DNA of 64,000 bases from Atractiella rhizophila. Its lineage: Eukaryota. The stretch's first letter is position 1. The number at the start of each line of letters is the position of its first letter. The notes under the pieces were generated by a model, which made no database searches, was not told the origin of the DNA, and worked only from the letters and a program-made list of their open reading frames with translations. A program made the position numbers and the translations under genes. Positions 1 to 13,869 of the stretch are shown here, piece after piece. Location: NCBI GenBank assembly GCA_021432655.1, contig MU271195.1, positions 62,001-126,000 of the forward strand. Direction: 5' to 3'.

Positions 1-600
1 CCATTTGTACTCCTCCGCCCAACCATGCCTGAAAACTTCTTTACTGAAGGAAGGGGGAAACATGAAGTACCTACGTACGATGCAGCTCTGCATCAGCAAA
101 ACCTGCCTCATCTGTGGTAATGATGTAATGACGGAATAGATCAGCTATTGTAGCTCTCCACCACGTCCTGACACGCTCATCACGCTGGGCAGCTCACTTG
201 GAGAGCCCTTTGCATGTAATCCCCATGCGTATCAATGCCCGCCAGACAGATGCGATTGAGACATATTGTTCATAAGTGTGGAAGAGTCGGTCCCTGAGCT
301 CATCGACATACAGCCCAGGGTTAGCTGCAAGGTTTGCTTTGAGGGAGAGGAGCTGCTTGCGTGTCAGTATGCGTGGTTGACCTCCCTTAAGCTTCGTGGG
401 ATCAATTGGTTGACCAACTCGCGAAAGACCTTAAAGACGCGTTGCACAGTGCGAATGCTGCAGCAGGCACGAAGGGCAATAACCTCATTACTGTCACCCA
501 TTGCTTTCCAGATTAGGAACAACTCCTTGAGCTGTCTCATAAGTCGATTGCCATGTGAACCGTATTTGATGGTAGAGAGTGCTGGGAGCCCAAGATGTGC
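1..600 (-). pseudogene. Tc1/IS630-like DDE transposase remnant, running off the window start
   Basis: Minus-strand translation: HTH IALRACCSIRTVQRVFK, then NPGLYVDELRDRL..VSIASVWRALIRMGITCKGLSK*AAQRDERVR..ITTDEAGF. In-frame TGA stop. Confidence 0.75.
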
Positions 601-1249
601 TCTTAGATAATCATTTCGACTTGTTCTGCTCCAGGAACTTGATCCATGATGAGAAGACATTGAGCATTCATTCCATTCGAATACAACTGATCTTGTTTAT
701 CTGCTGCCAGCTGGCCAGCTGGCGTTGTTTTCCTCATTCTCATTCTCATTCCAAGAGAAACTTGATGATGACGACACAACCGAAACGCACATCGCGTCAC
801 TTCTTGCGCAGATTTGCCACCCGGAAAGTGGCCGGCTGAGATTGACGACGAGCGGGAAACGACACTAATTTCGCGAATGACTGTAACCATCAAAGGTCCA
901 AGATGCTTCTCGAGTGTTCTTGGGACATCGCCGTTGTCCACCTCAACGTCGATCTTATTTTTGCTACCTTGGTTGTTTACGCACTCAGGGCACCAGAAAT
1001 GATTTTACAATCGGGTCATTTGATGGTTTTGTGAGTGTGACCTTAATTGTGAGAGGATGCATGTCACTCGCCAGTAAAATTCAGATTGTATCGGCGTTAC
1101 TTGAATCAGTTATTGTACACTACACAAAGATTGTCCCTAAACTTAACCATGAAATATCTGTGATATCAGTCGATGGACAAGGAATGACCACGACGATGTT
1201 TTCCCAGGGTTTAAGCGTGATGATGATGATGATGAAGTCATATTAACGA

Positions 1250-2408
1250 GCTTTTTAGGACAGGAAGGTCATGAAGCTCTCCACTTAGATTGTAGATATA
1301 TGGCCCCGTGGGTTAGTCGCCTTGGCCATTTGACCAGATTCTTCTCCCTTTCAATTCCATTTACTTCCTACTCCTCTCCGAACGCAGGGGCCCTTGCAGG
1401 TGGTGTGTTCGTCTGGTTTTGTATATCGGCGTAGATGGCTGGGTGAGAGTCAAAACTCCCCTGAAGGATAGATTTTGACGCAATGCTTGATTGCGATTGT
1501 ATCCAAGAGATGTTAGATGCATGTTCTGTAAACGGGGATAGTGGAAGTAGAAATACAAAGAATATGCTGAAGCCAATGAGGAAGAAAGGGAGTTAAAAGA
1601 AAGAGTAAAAGGTGTTGTAAAGCTAAAGAAGACCAAATCTAAGGGGTTAAAGAGAAGGATTCAGAAAGGCTTAGCTTCAGAATCCACGGGCATGAGGAGG
1701 TTGAGTGTGCCTTCTTATCCTACCCCAACCCGGATGCCCAGACGGCAGGGCAGCATCATGAGCTTTCTTCTTGTGTCGTAGGACCCTCTCAGTGGCTCAA
1801 GTGTGGGTAGGAAACCTCCTGGATGCACGGATGAATTTCCAAAGCGGTGGAAGGGCGTCAGGGTTGGAAAGGACCGTGGTGTAGCTAGTTCTGAAAGCAT
1901 CTTGTAGGTGGCAGCTGATGATAGCTCGCCTTTGGCCTTGTTGTGGTGTTTGGATGTGTTGGGATTCGAAGGCAGAGAGGGGGCAAGGGAGTGAATGGTT
2001 TGGGAAAAGGAGGATGGGCTGAAGGGGAAAGGATAAGGGGGATGGTCTCCTACTGACTCCGACGCTTTTCATGCCAGACTGTCAGCTGCTTCATTTCCCT
2101 CTAAGTCGCAGTGGCCTGGGATCCACTGAAGGCGGACACGAACATAGGGATGTAGTTCGGAAGGAGTAGCAAGGGAAGCTAATCCAGGAGGATGTGTTGA
2201 CCAGGGCCTGCGTTAGGGCGGCCTGCAAGGAATATGATGGTGCTTTGGCTGTCCGAGGCGATGACAACATTAGCGGAGGACTTTGTCTTGTGAGAGGCAC
2301 CCTAGCGCGACCAGGTTTAAGCGTTCAATATAGCACCAAGCTGTAGTTTTCAAGCAGGACTACAACGAATAAACCTTCGGTTGTAACGTGCTAGGGACTC
2401 ACGTGACA
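1250..2408 (-). mobile_element. possible degraded LTR-retrotransposon 5' fragment
   Basis: Minus strand has a short TGT..ACA segment (2382-2408) followed by a Pro/Ser-rich broken ORF region. No diagnostic domain seen. Confidence 0.25.
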
Positions 2409-5400
2409 AGTTCATGATAAGTTCATGACGGCTAGTCATGACTTTTTCGACCAAAATTTCAATTCATCGGTCATGTCACGGATCATACATTACATTCATG
2501 ACAAGTCATGATTCTCAGGTGATTATTCATGACACTTATGATTCAGTCACGAAGCAGGGTGGGAAAGAGTAGTTCTGATTGGTTTGTATTTTGTGTATAT
2601 GTCTACTTTGTCTTAAAGTAATCAAAAAGCTCTTTGTCTGTCCCAGAAAGCAATCCAGCGTCATACCAGGAGCCTAAAGCTATAGCAGCACGGAATGAAT
2701 CTTGTGATAGATTGTGCCGGAGGCCGGTGATCTGAAGTCCTCCCGCACTGAAAGCACGTTCCGCATCGGTACTGGTCACTAAGGAAGGGTCACCAGAAGG
2801 CAAGGAGTAAGGAAATGGTACACATCAGGGCAGGAGAGCACAGCTATTGCTAGCTTCGCAAGATTAGGATACCGGCTTCCTTGCCGTTCCCCATTCCACC
2901 AAGCCAGTACATTGAAGTCCTTGCGTGTCTTCTCCAGGTCATCTTCTAAGTACCGCCTGATCTCATCATATTCCGTCTCAACTAATCTTTTCGATATGGA
3001 AACTGTTCCTCTGCATCAGAGTCCTCCTCATCTGGCAGATCAGTTGTAACTATGGTCTCTGCGGAAGGAGTAGGATGGTAGGTCTTGAACTCCTCATGTA
3101 GCAATGTCCGAATATCTTGAATCCAGGAGGTGAACCACCCTGCGTGTTCATAGTCCTTAAGTTTGTGATAAGGGTGAAGCACTAGAAGTTCACATCAGCT
3201 CAGTAATAATAACCAAGAGATGAACCCATTGCCAACTTATACATGCTTGTCTCCTGACAAGCTTTTGAATAATATTTATTAAGAACCACAATTGCCCAAT
3301 AAGCATCCAACCGAATAAACAGATTCACATTTCGGTTAAGCTTGATGTTGTGAAGGTTATGGTCAAACTTATCAAGATAAGGGATTATGTTGGTAAGGAG
3401 CACCCATTTCTTGGTAGATAGCTTGACCGTGGCTTGATAGAAAGGCTGCAGTCCAGGCTCAGATCTTGCACAGATTAAATCGAAGCAATTGATAAACCTT
3501 GAGAACATCCCACAATTCACCTAGGACTTTCCATTCAGGTTCCATCACTTCATACTTCTTAAGTTTGAATGAGCTCTGTTCTGTAAGACCATCGAAAGCT
3601 TGTCAGAGCTGGAGGGCTTGTTCGAGGCAGAGGAAGAGACTTTTCCACCGGGTGACAACATCTCGGATTGGAAGTTGTGTATCTGTAAGGTTCTTGTAAA
3701 ATCGCTCCACAAGGCGCTGAAATTCCGTGTTCATCGAGCTGCCATTAACGATCTTGTGAGACAGTTCCCGAATCTGCAATGTCTGAAGCAAAGAATACAT
3801 GATCAAGCTATACGGACCTTTTGAACACACCCACAAACAGCTTGGTGCTCCTCCATACTGAACTTGATGTTCAGTCTCTTATCATCAGCTCTCAATGGAT
3901 CCTCTTGTTCTAGTTCCTTCAACACTTCATCGGATATCTCTTCAATAATCTCATCATCCATAGCTTCCTATGCTGCATCATGGCTTGCCACTATCTTATC
4001 CATTGTGGTAGCCTCTTCCTTGCTGATATTTACAGCTCCGTCATCTTCAAATCTCTCAGTTTCTTCACCCTTCTTCCTTCTTTTCTTCTCTTTCATGCAG
4101 GGCAAGATCAGAGCCTAAAAGGATGTCAGGTAAGAAATGTGATTAGAAACTAAGGAACATACCTTTGCAACCAGGTTGAGGACATGATTGAGGCACCGGA
4201 TTTGATATTCTTGCCCCTTAAAGGGGGAGCAAGAGCTTGAGTTCTGAAACCATTGCGTCGTTGTTTGACGCACTATCGCTCACCAGTCCCGTCAACTAAT
4301 TTCCATGTTCAATTCGATGGACACGGCAAAGGACATGCAAGACTGATCTTTCCGTCAATACCATACCGCTCCAACACCTTCGCAATCTCTCTGGCCAAAT
4401 ATCTCCCCTTTTGCGAATCACTCAGCCTGTGAGGAAGATCAGCATACAGGACACAGCAGGGTTCTAACACTGTACTAAACAAACTCTAAAATGATCTCTT
4501 TTACCTCAGTTCCCGACCAATAATGAACCAGCACGGCAAGCCAAGCCATGTGGTTCCTTGAGGTCCAAGCGTCAGTAGATACATGAAACCGGTCAATGTC
4601 CTGTCCCACAACTATTGGAAAGTGAGATGTGAAATGAGGAGAAACTTCTACCTTCAAATAAACATCCTTAATAATCTGGGCAGCTCGAGTATAGATGTTC
4701 CAGAGATCCTTCGAGGAGTCAGCACTAACAAGGTGCACATCAAGTCAAAGCATGTTAAAGATGACACGGAGCTCGTAATCCTCAACAATATTGAGCGGCT
4801 GTTTGCGTCGAGCACAGAGGAGAGCGAGCCAGAATCGGAAGCGTTGAGGGGAGTAAGGGAAGCACGGAATGCCACTTTTCTTTCCATCTCCAGAATCCTT
4901 CTTTCCATCACTCTTGTCCCTGAAGGCATACCAAATGTTTTATAGTTGGATTGGCAGCTCTGGATAGAACAGCTGGGAACTGCTTCAAGATTGGCTTGAA
5001 CGGGCTGGAAGGCCATTTGTGATGAATCTGTTCTTCAATAGCGTACTGTTGCCAAACTCGTTTAATCTGCTGGACATGCTCCGAATGTAGCTCTGCAAAA
5101 CACAAAGAGTGTGTAAGTTTTTTTTTTTCTGAGCAAAGACAGTAGTTACGCATGCTGAATCGCTTCTCCCAGTTTGCCAACACCAGTCTTTGGCCATAAT
5201 TCTGTAATAAAGTTGAACAGCTCTTGAGTGACAGCTGATGACTCCTGGGAGTAAGGTATTCCATCTATGCAAGCAACTTAGTCATGTGTTATTAAATCAT
5301 TTAAAAATGCCAATACCTAATTCATATGGCTGAAAGTTCCTTCAAAAGTTAGGAGAGTTGTGCTCCATTTGCCATGAGTCTGACATTTGAGAGAACGACC

Positions 5401-6770
5401 AATTGCTTTCAAATTGTATCATAGCCCAGAAACTGAACCATGACCAGTTGGTGCCAGCCCCTGCTTTTCAACTTTCGCCATGCAGCCTTTGACTGGACAT
5501 TTCTCCATATTATAGCCAGGAGAGTATTCGGGAGTTAGGACAAGGAGAGGTTCAACGAGAAATTTTTCCAGACAGTCAGAAACATTTCTTCGCCGTAAAT
5601 GGTCATAATCGGCAGTGGGAGGAATGAAAAGAGGTCCATAGAGGGGAAAGCCAGTGGAAATGGCTCCTTAGTTAATCTACATTTCACTTGTAACCCAGAG
5701 ACTTTAAAATAAGTACAGAATAGCATACCTCTCTGTCAAGGACCTCGGTTAACAATTTCCCTATATTCTAACACTTGGGCAACAAAGAATAGTTGCCCCT
5801 CTTCTCCCATAATACTTTTATTTTTCTTCCATTTCTCCACTGTATCATTGACCGATTGACTTGTCCACATTGTTTCCCAGTCCACAAGCCAGTTTCCCTT
5901 CTTATTCCCAGCCTTCTGTCGAGTGTGGGTCTCTAGCACCTGTTTGCACAGTGCCTTCACGATGGGGGGATTGAAGATGTTGGGGGAAAGTGCAGACATG
6001 ACAATTGAATAAGGTCCAATGAGCTGGTACTCTGCTGGGAGAAGGCGTGAAGGGTGGGACAGAGTGGATGCGATGAGGAGGGGCGGGGCGTGAGAGAGCA
6101 GTGGTCGTGGAAGCTGGTGGATGGAAGGTGACAAGCAAGTGGAAACAGAAAATACTGGGAGATAATTATTAGTACAACATTCATGCAAAGAGGAAAGGAA
6201 TGAGAAGTAACAAGAAAGGCGGACCTTTCGCCGTGCTGCAGAAGCACATTCACAGATCGGAGAATAGAGGATGACGGAGGAAGCTAGGTGGATGAGAAGA
6301 TGGGGAAGGAAAGGGTGGTGGATGGGTAGATGGAAGGAGGAAAGGATTCGCACAACAGTCCTTTCCTCCGCCATTGCTTGCGGTATGTGGGTCCGTCCGT
6401 CTTCCTTCATTTACTCATTCCATTCCTGCTTTCTTCTGAGAACTCTTCTCTTCGAAGAAAGATCTGGCCATGTTTGTGGCCTTGGACACGTGGCGCGCCC
6501 AACGTCGACCAGTTTCCCCGCAGCACAAAACTGGTGGACCAGTTTTGGACCAGTTTTAACACCGACGGTCTCCGACCGCTTGGGCGATACCCTCGTCGCT
6601 GGCTTTCCGGAGTTGTGGAAGGTGCTCGGGAAAGGCACGCTTGTGTTACCCCCTTACCTTTCTGGTCCCATACCTGGAATGGCTTCAGGCATTTAGGATT
6701 GGACCTCGGATATTGTGCGTCTTCTTAAATCAAATGGTGCAGACTCATTGGTCATGAATGTAGTTCTGAA
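2409..6770 (-). mobile_element. degenerate hAT DNA transposon
   Basis: Motifs in order: LCARRKQPLNIVED, STDAWTS, RCLNHVLNLVAK (CxxH), PIRDVVTRW, LNKYYSK, LHPYHKL, TSTDAERAFSAGG (dimerisation domain). TCATGA repeat cluster at 2409-2550. Right boundary approximate; no TSD found. Confidence 0.85.
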
Positions 6771-6989
6771 TCTGAAAACGAGCTATACCGCGGGTATAGC
6801 GTCATTGGTCTCACTGCGGTTACAACTGTCACTACTGCTCTGCTGTGAGGGCAGTTGCAAGCCGGATGGGAATAAGAGACAGTTGTAGATTCTTCGTGCA
6901 CAATGAATAAAACACTTCCTTTCTGAAGAGGCCGCCGTTAACGTTGCGGCAAATAAAACAATGAAAGGTTACCTAGACATGGACTGAGA

Positions 6990-7600
6990 CTGTATAGAGC
7001 TTCACTCTGGTGTCGGGATATCAGAGAATGCATGGATGGATGAGTTGCTAGGCTATCTACAGTTCACACTGGTTTATGTCTCTTTTGTCAAAAGTCAACC
7101 TGATCCAAATCGTCCTTGTCTCCTCATCCTTGATGGCCATGGTTCCCATACATTGGCACTCATTGTTCACTACGTTTGGGAAAACCTTCGCGATGTTGTC
7201 AATATCATTTGTCTCCCTCCCCACACAATCCACAATTTGCAACCTCTCCATATTGGTGTGTTTGGGCCGATTGGAAAAGCTTGGAGCAATGTGACAGACG
7301 ATATGTTGGACGATGGTCATGAAGTCTCCAAGAGAAATCTTATCGAGGGGTACTTACGGTGTCATGATGAAGGAATGAAGGCTTCAACAATTGTCAGTGC
7401 TTGGGCAGCTACCGGACTCTTAATCCATGACCACTCCGGAAGGGAATTTGTGAGTTGAAATCACTTTGTGAAAGCCGACTTTTGCTCCTGCCCATCAAAC
7501 CTCGTCTAGAACACAGTTGCCAGATTGTATTCCTCTGGACCTCGAACTTGATCTCTAGCCATCTCAGGTGCTCATTGTTGATTCCAAGCATCTAAAGGAA
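6990..7600 (+). pseudogene. Fot1/pogo (DDE_1) transposase, C-terminal half
   Basis: SENAWMD, LLILDGHGSH, CLPPHTIHNLQPLHIGVFGP motifs (ORF 7036-7458). Confidence 0.85.
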
Positions 7601-8229
7601 TACATTACAATGAAGTTATAATGGGCTTTTTATACCTTGAGGAACTCAGCAAAATGAGAGAAACAGCAGGGGGAAAGAAAACTAGAGCCACAAATGACAG
7701 TGGCACGAATGCAGCTTAAAACGGTGCCAAACTCTGATACTCATTACTCTATTCATCTCATAAATCGACAATCACTGGACTAGACAGGGGAGGAGGGAGG
7801 AATAAGGGAGTGTAGTGATGGAGATTGGTTTGGCTTGATGGGATATGGGGAGGAGAGGAAATCTAGTCCAGTGTCGTTACTTCGATCTTGGCGAAGAGCT
7901 TCAAGACCGTGCCGTAAAGCATAACCATCATCATCAAGGCAGCCGGGGCACGTCAGGTCCGCTGGGAAACGTGCTCCGTCCGCTGTCACTTCCCTTTCCC
8001 CTTTGTCCCCCTTCCCTTTGCAGGTCTCTCTCAGGTGACATTGGCGAGCTTCAGCGTCTTCAACATTGGTGATAGCGCGAAGCCTCCTTCTGCTTCCGTA
8101 TTATTCGCCATCAGATCCTACATCCTTAGGATCTCCTCAGACTCCTTCTTCGTCCCCTACACGATACGCGGCCTGGGTTTCTTTACCCTTAGCTGTTTCA
8201 TAGCGATTTGGATGATTTTTTACTTGGGG

Positions 8230-9162
8230 CCTTCAAGAGAGATCACATAGCGACAGGCAGGCATTGACAAACGTGTTGCTTACTCACATCCGGCAAGCTG
8301 GAGCTGCTACACTACTTGTCCCCTCTCACGCTTTTAACTCGCAACCCTATTCACCAAATTCCAGGACTCAGACCTTCATGTTATCTCTTTATTCCGAGTC
8401 ATTTGCGAGGAAACAAGCGAAGAAATAGCTGCAAGAGGTGAAATCTCAGACTTTTTCAAGCCGGACCCTGGTACGAAAGGAAGGTACCATCTCGTCCATC
8501 GCAGTCTTACTTTCACGACTGTCCGATGTCCGGAACTTTTGGAACGTCGTCAACGCATCCACCTCGATAGCAACGGATGACTGCCCACCATCCCCGATTC
8601 TTCAAGACGGTATGATAAGTACGTTCAATTGAGCTACCTGACCAGACTTCTACGAGAGGTGAGGAAAGCCTTAAATCCCACTCTGGGCTTATCAGTTCTT
8701 ACTGCTTCAGTCGCTGCCAATCCAACTCTCTCTTTACAAGTCCGATCCGGCTTTGCTGTCACTGGAACCGTCATATCTTCAATATCTTGCTTTTTCTTCG
8801 CATCCGGGGTGCTCGTCGAGATCCTCAAAACGAACGTGCGACACCTCATTATCAACGTCGCTCCACTAGTCGCAGACGGCTCAGTGGCGAACCGGGGTCG
8901 TTCAAGTTTCTTCGGGAGCTTTATAACCATCAAACGTTACTTTTCACTTTTCGTCGCCTTTGCAGTGCTGGCGGCATCGATCTCTTCACATCCCGACGTT
9001 CCGCTAAACACGAAGAAAGGGTTTGCCGTGGCTGGGATCGTGCTTGCTGCCACTGGATGGACTCTCTGTGTCATCGGCATGGCGACATCCATTTTGGTTC
9101 AAATTGATAGTATTGCAGAAGGAGGAGCAAGGAGCGAATCAAGCGAATCAGCGGAGGAGTAG
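8230..9162 (+). CDS. orphan gene: NTF2/SnoaL-like segment plus two tandem 2-TM hairpins; 5' end and splicing uncertain
   Basis: Frame about 8356-8570 reads DLHVISLFRV..IAARGEISDFF..GRYHLVHRSLTF. ORF 8629-9162 has a duplicated hydrophobic unit (VLTASVAANPTL..FAVTGTVI / VLAASISSHPDV..FAVAGIVL). Confidence 0.5.
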
Positions 9163-9314
9163 CCTCCTGATTCTTTTCATTCAACCCTGCAGCAGGACCC
9201 TGATCTTTACGATGAACGGTTCCGACTTATGTATTTACTTATTAATGACGTTACGTGAAGCTGATCATCAGGTATTTCTGAACATTTTGTCCTACATGCA
9301 GGAAAAATGGTGAT

Positions 9315-10000
9315 TCAGGTTGTATTATGCACTTCCCATGCAATTTTAGTCATGACTGTGTCCGAGCATACATAAAAGCACTTAAGCTGAAGACCAAAAA
9401 GGCGTACAAAATGCCATTCTTTTGTGCTTCTGTCAAACCCTCTAGCCAGTTCTTCATGAAACGTTTGCCAGAGAAGATAAAAAGTGAAGGCAGATAATTC
9501 CCATTTGCAGTGAAACATTCAAAAAGTGTAACCAGCTCAAGTTTGTTTGACTTCGCTCGATATACCGATTTTCCTCTCAGCAGCACCGATAACACGCTGT
9601 TTCCCCAAATTCGACCTCCTCCCAGTTGCAATCCCATCTCGTCCATATTTAATTTGTGCGGCCTCAACAAAATCCTTTTCTTTCTGTGCAACTCCTGAGC
9701 CTCTGTCAGACCTTTCTTCTTCCAACGAGGCATTTGGAGGATGGTGGGAAGTGTGAGGGAAAGACAGAAGGTCGGGTTGCGTCAAAGAAGACAATCAAAG
9801 ACTTTCAAACAGACTGCACGGTTGTTCCGCTTGCATGTGACCCAAAAGTGTGTCATGCTGCGCACTTAAACTCCACTCGGATCTCAACAGGCTGTTTTTC
9901 AGCAACTTGCAGTCAGATCATTATGAGTGTTTGGAATATGATTCCCTATCAAAAGTCCTTTCCGTCGTTTGTCGACATTTCCCGACCTTTTTACAACAAT
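9315..10000 (-). pseudogene. Fot1/pogo transposase, N-terminal half
   Basis: NMDEMGLQLGGG..ELVTLFECFTANGNYLPSLFIFSGK (ORF 9350-9733). Confidence 0.8.
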
Positions 10001-10151
10001 TTCCGTCCTGCTGGAATATGCAGGAAACACCGAAAATTATGGCCTGGGTTGCTGATTATTTCCTGGATTTTCGCAAAGCAGAAAACATATTGAGAATGTA
10101 TAATAGAATTAAATCAAATGTATAGATTGTAAATAGCTGCATTTCCCTGTA

Positions 10152-11712
10152 TTATCCTGCACCCCCTCCCCCCTCTTTCCTGGCCGTGCGCACCTCCTCC
10201 GTCATCAGATCCCCTGCAGGTACCTCTGAAACCCATCTTCCTAACTCTTCTACGCTTTTCCATACAAGTCTGTCTTGCACCATATTATAACTGTCCCTCC
10301 GTCGTCGAGGGGACAATGACAGGAGTCGTGCTATGATCATGAAGTGATGCGTTGAGGTCTTTGTATCGCTTGTTCCACATCTGAAACGGTTACTGGTAAG
10401 CGAATAGATTTGTGGGATAGTAACAATACCTCACCTGCTTTTCAGATTGAGAAAGTCGCTTGTACTCCTCTTTCCAGTTCGGTTCCAAGATGTTGCTGCC
10501 ATCAGCACGTTCCTTTTCCCATTGTTCGATTCGAGAGCGCCGATACATTTCACTGAACAATGCGGTCTGTTAGCCTCATGTGCCTTGAGACGAAGCTGGA
10601 CCTGACCGCCCTCCTTGAATCCGCTTGAGTGATGGTGTCGATGGTGGTGCACAGACGGCAGCTCCTCCCGTATTTGCCTACATTACACATGCCTGTTATC
10701 CGCGTGTTAATCAAAGAAATAATGAACCTTGGCATGTAGAGAAGCGGAAGCTGCAGCGACGTTGTTGACTGCCATGGCATTGCCAAATGACCGCGCCGGT
10801 AGCACAGTTTTCTGTGTGAATGGCACTGCAGAAGATGGAACAGGACTGCCTGTGCATCATGAGTTAGCGTACATCGACTTAGTCAAATGGCATGCAAAGT
10901 CCTACCAGGAGCAGGAATCTCCAACTCGACATTCCACACACTGACAGACCCGCTGTCCATTAACGCCTTTCGAGAACATCAGAATGGCATTTGGTTGAGC
11001 TAGGGGAAAAGACAAACTGATTTCAACATCCCCTTGACACCTTCAGTAGAAACGCCACCTGTCGGTCCTGACTGAATCAGACTTAGGCATGACGAGCCTA
11101 TTCAAAGCAAAGGTACTTTAGCTGTCACTGTGAGCGTGAGATCAAGGAGAAGTAGACAAACCATTAGCATCGGGGACAGTAGGATTCTGTAACCTGTAGC
11201 TACTGGCGATGGAGGTCATGGGAGATGCGGGATTATCGTTTAAATCGCAAGACAGAATAGCTGATGATACTTTGAACAGCGGTCAAGCGGAGGGTGGAAA
11301 CCTTACTGGTTTCAGATTCCTTCGCAAGCTCATTTTGAGGTTGGACTGAGGACCTGGCAGCGCTCCGTAAGGTAGGATCTAGAATGTCCTCGGAAGTAGT
11401 TCTTCTACATACTTTGTCAGAAAATTGGAAGAGTTTCACAGAGAAGACACACAATTGAGGAAAGACTTCAACGTTTCTTCCTTTATTCTCTTTGACTTTT
11501 AACTTCGCTACCTTCTTCTTCTCCACTTCCTTTCTTCCAGGCACAGTTGTGTCTTCTCGAAAGCAGCCATCGTGCCCCTGTGTCACACTTTCCACCTGCT
11601 CTTCTACCTTAACCCGCTTCGCTGCCCGCCTATCCACAGCGTTGAGGTTCTCGAGCTGCCGATGCTTCAGTTCACGAAAAACGTGACGACGCGTCTTCCA
11701 ACTACTAACCAA
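10152..11712 (-). CDS. hypothetical multi-exon gene or pseudogene, head-to-head with RPN10
   Basis: Series of minus ORFs (11233-11712, 10431-10652, 10152-10340), with a Lys-rich NLS-like stretch RAAKRVK. No ATG or domain recognised. Confidence 0.3.
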
Positions 11713-11749
11713 CTTGTGTCAGTCGATAGCAAGCTCATCTCAGCCCAAC

Positions 11750-13869
11750 ATGCCGCTCGAAGCTACTATGATCCTGTAGCTTCTTTCTTTTTTTGTGTAA
11801 TCCAAAGAAACTGACGAGCGGCAGGCTCGACAACTCTTCCCACTCCATAAACGGCGATTACCTCCCTACTCGCTTCCAAGCTCAATCCGATGCTTCGACC
11901 ATTGTTTTTAATAGGAAAACAGGTAGCAATCCTGAGAGTGAGGTTGGACTGATGACTATGGCTGGGAAGGGGTGAGTCTCTGCTTCTTGTTCTGCTTGTG
12001 CATGTTGTGGGAAGGAGAGTTGTATCTTTCTTATTTCTTCTTGTTATCCAAAAAGAGAATTGCCAATCTGACTCCCCTCTCGATGGCTTTTGAGCGAAAT
12101 GTCTGACGAACCTGAAACGGAGACACATTGAAACTAACCGGGAGTGTGCTCGTTTTGTAGCCCAACTCGGTTTCTTCCTCTAGACAATCGAATGTCTATT
12201 TCTGTGCGTGTTATAGGCGTAGTCTGCTTTGATACCCTGTGCCTTATCATCATACGCGCATGCTCCCGTCGAGGCGGGAATTGAAAGCGTCTGAGTTTCG
12301 AATGCTGAACTGGTAGAAACGTACTTCATGCTTGTGCCAACTGCGGCGATTATTCTTGGATAAAGCCAGATCGTATTGAATGTTTCATGCGGCTGCTGAT
12401 GGTGTTCATGGAGACTATTCTCTAGTACAGAGGCACGGAGAAACATTTGGATAGCCCACATTCGCTTAGGAGGTAGCTCAGAGTCACTTTCCCTTACCAA
12501 TTGACCGTTGGGAGTATGTTGCTATCTCGGTCTTATTGCGCATCAAGCTCTTTGCGCAATACACGTCATTCAACTGGAGCCATTTCTGCATCATGAGGTG
12601 GCGAATTGATTAGCCATTGGGCAGCTTGAATAACCTGCACAAAGCGGTCAATCGTTTCCCTCTGCGAAGAAAATGATAATCTGTTGATCTAAACTGATTG
12701 TGCTTGCAGGCCAGAAGTTTTGGTTACCCCGACAAAAGAACTCGGAGCCATTCTGACGAGTATACACGAGATCAAACAATCTGGAGAAGCCGATTTTGTG
12801 ACTTCTATCCAAGTTGCACAAGTACGCATCAATAGTGCACGATTTCTCCCGACCTGACCTGTCAACAGCTAGCGCTCAAACATCGATCGAACAAGAACCA
12901 GCGGCAACGTCTTGTCATCTTCGTCTCTTCCCCTCTAACCTCACCATCAACCTCAGTTGCCAACCTCGAGAAGCTAGCGAAGAAGATTAAAAAGAATAAC
13001 GTCGCTGTGGATATTGTACTCCTCGATGGATATGGGGCGGAAGAGGCTGAAATCTTAGCCGCTTTGGGAGGGAAAGGGAGCGGTGGGGAGACCACTGAAG
13101 AGCGTTTGAGGAAGTTTATCGAAGGCGTCAATAGTAGTGATGATAACAGGTCAGCCTGCTTCCTCTCTATCGAAGGAGACTGACTCAAAGACGTCAGCCA
13201 TCTCCTCGTCGTCCCCCCCGGCGTTGGTCTGCTATCCGACATACTCATCTCTTCCCCCATTCTATCAGAAGACATGCCTGGCGGTTTCGGCGACGGCGGC
13301 GGAGACGTCGCTGCTGGTGGAAGTGGAGCCTTTGCAGAATCAGGAGGCATCGATCCGAACGCAGATCCAGAACTGGCGATGGCACTTCGGATGTCTCTGG
13401 AGGAAGAACAGGCCCGTCAACGAGCCGCCGCTGCTTCTTCGTCTTCGTCCACAAGCGCTGAAGCACAAGCCCAAACTTCAAACGCTGCTCCTGTGGAGGA
13501 TGATACCGCTGCTGCTCCGGCCGGGAAGGCGCTAGCTCAGTCGAAGAAGCGGAGTGGGTCCACTACACCGAGAGCGAAGACTCCTCCACCCGCGAAAAGG
13601 CAGAGAGAGGACGAGGATATCGAGATGGAGGGAGACGATGATGATGAGGAAGATGATGAACTGGCAAGAGCGCTGGCTCTCAGTCGAGGTGGTACGTCGC
13701 GTATTTATTTTCAGCTGAAGCAGAATCGAATTATGGTGGAATAGATGAGGACGTAGACATGCAGGGTGATGATGAAGGCGCAGCAGAAGAGGAGGAGATG
13801 AAGCGAGCATTGACGATGAGCTTGAGAGATTATGGGAACCAGGAGAAGGAACAAGGGAAGAAAAAATAA
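11750..13869 (+). CDS. RPN10: 26S proteasome ubiquitin receptor Rpn10 (vWA domain plus 3 UIM-like motifs)
   Basis: Exons 11750-11775 (MPLEATMIL), 11825-11971 ([34 protein letters not shown]), 12710-12821 (PEVLVTPT), 12869-13149 ([14 protein letters not shown]), 13198-about 13691 ([15 protein letters not shown]), 13745-13869. GT-AG introns. Confidence 0.96.

Noticed and set aside
6782..6800. Hairpin GCTATACC/GGTATAGC as a terminator or Helitron end
   Set aside because: Isolated short stem with no CTRR end or other supporting context.
12160..12700. TPP riboswitch or RNase P/MRP RNA in the RPN10 intron
   Set aside because: The conserved core motifs were not found by eye.
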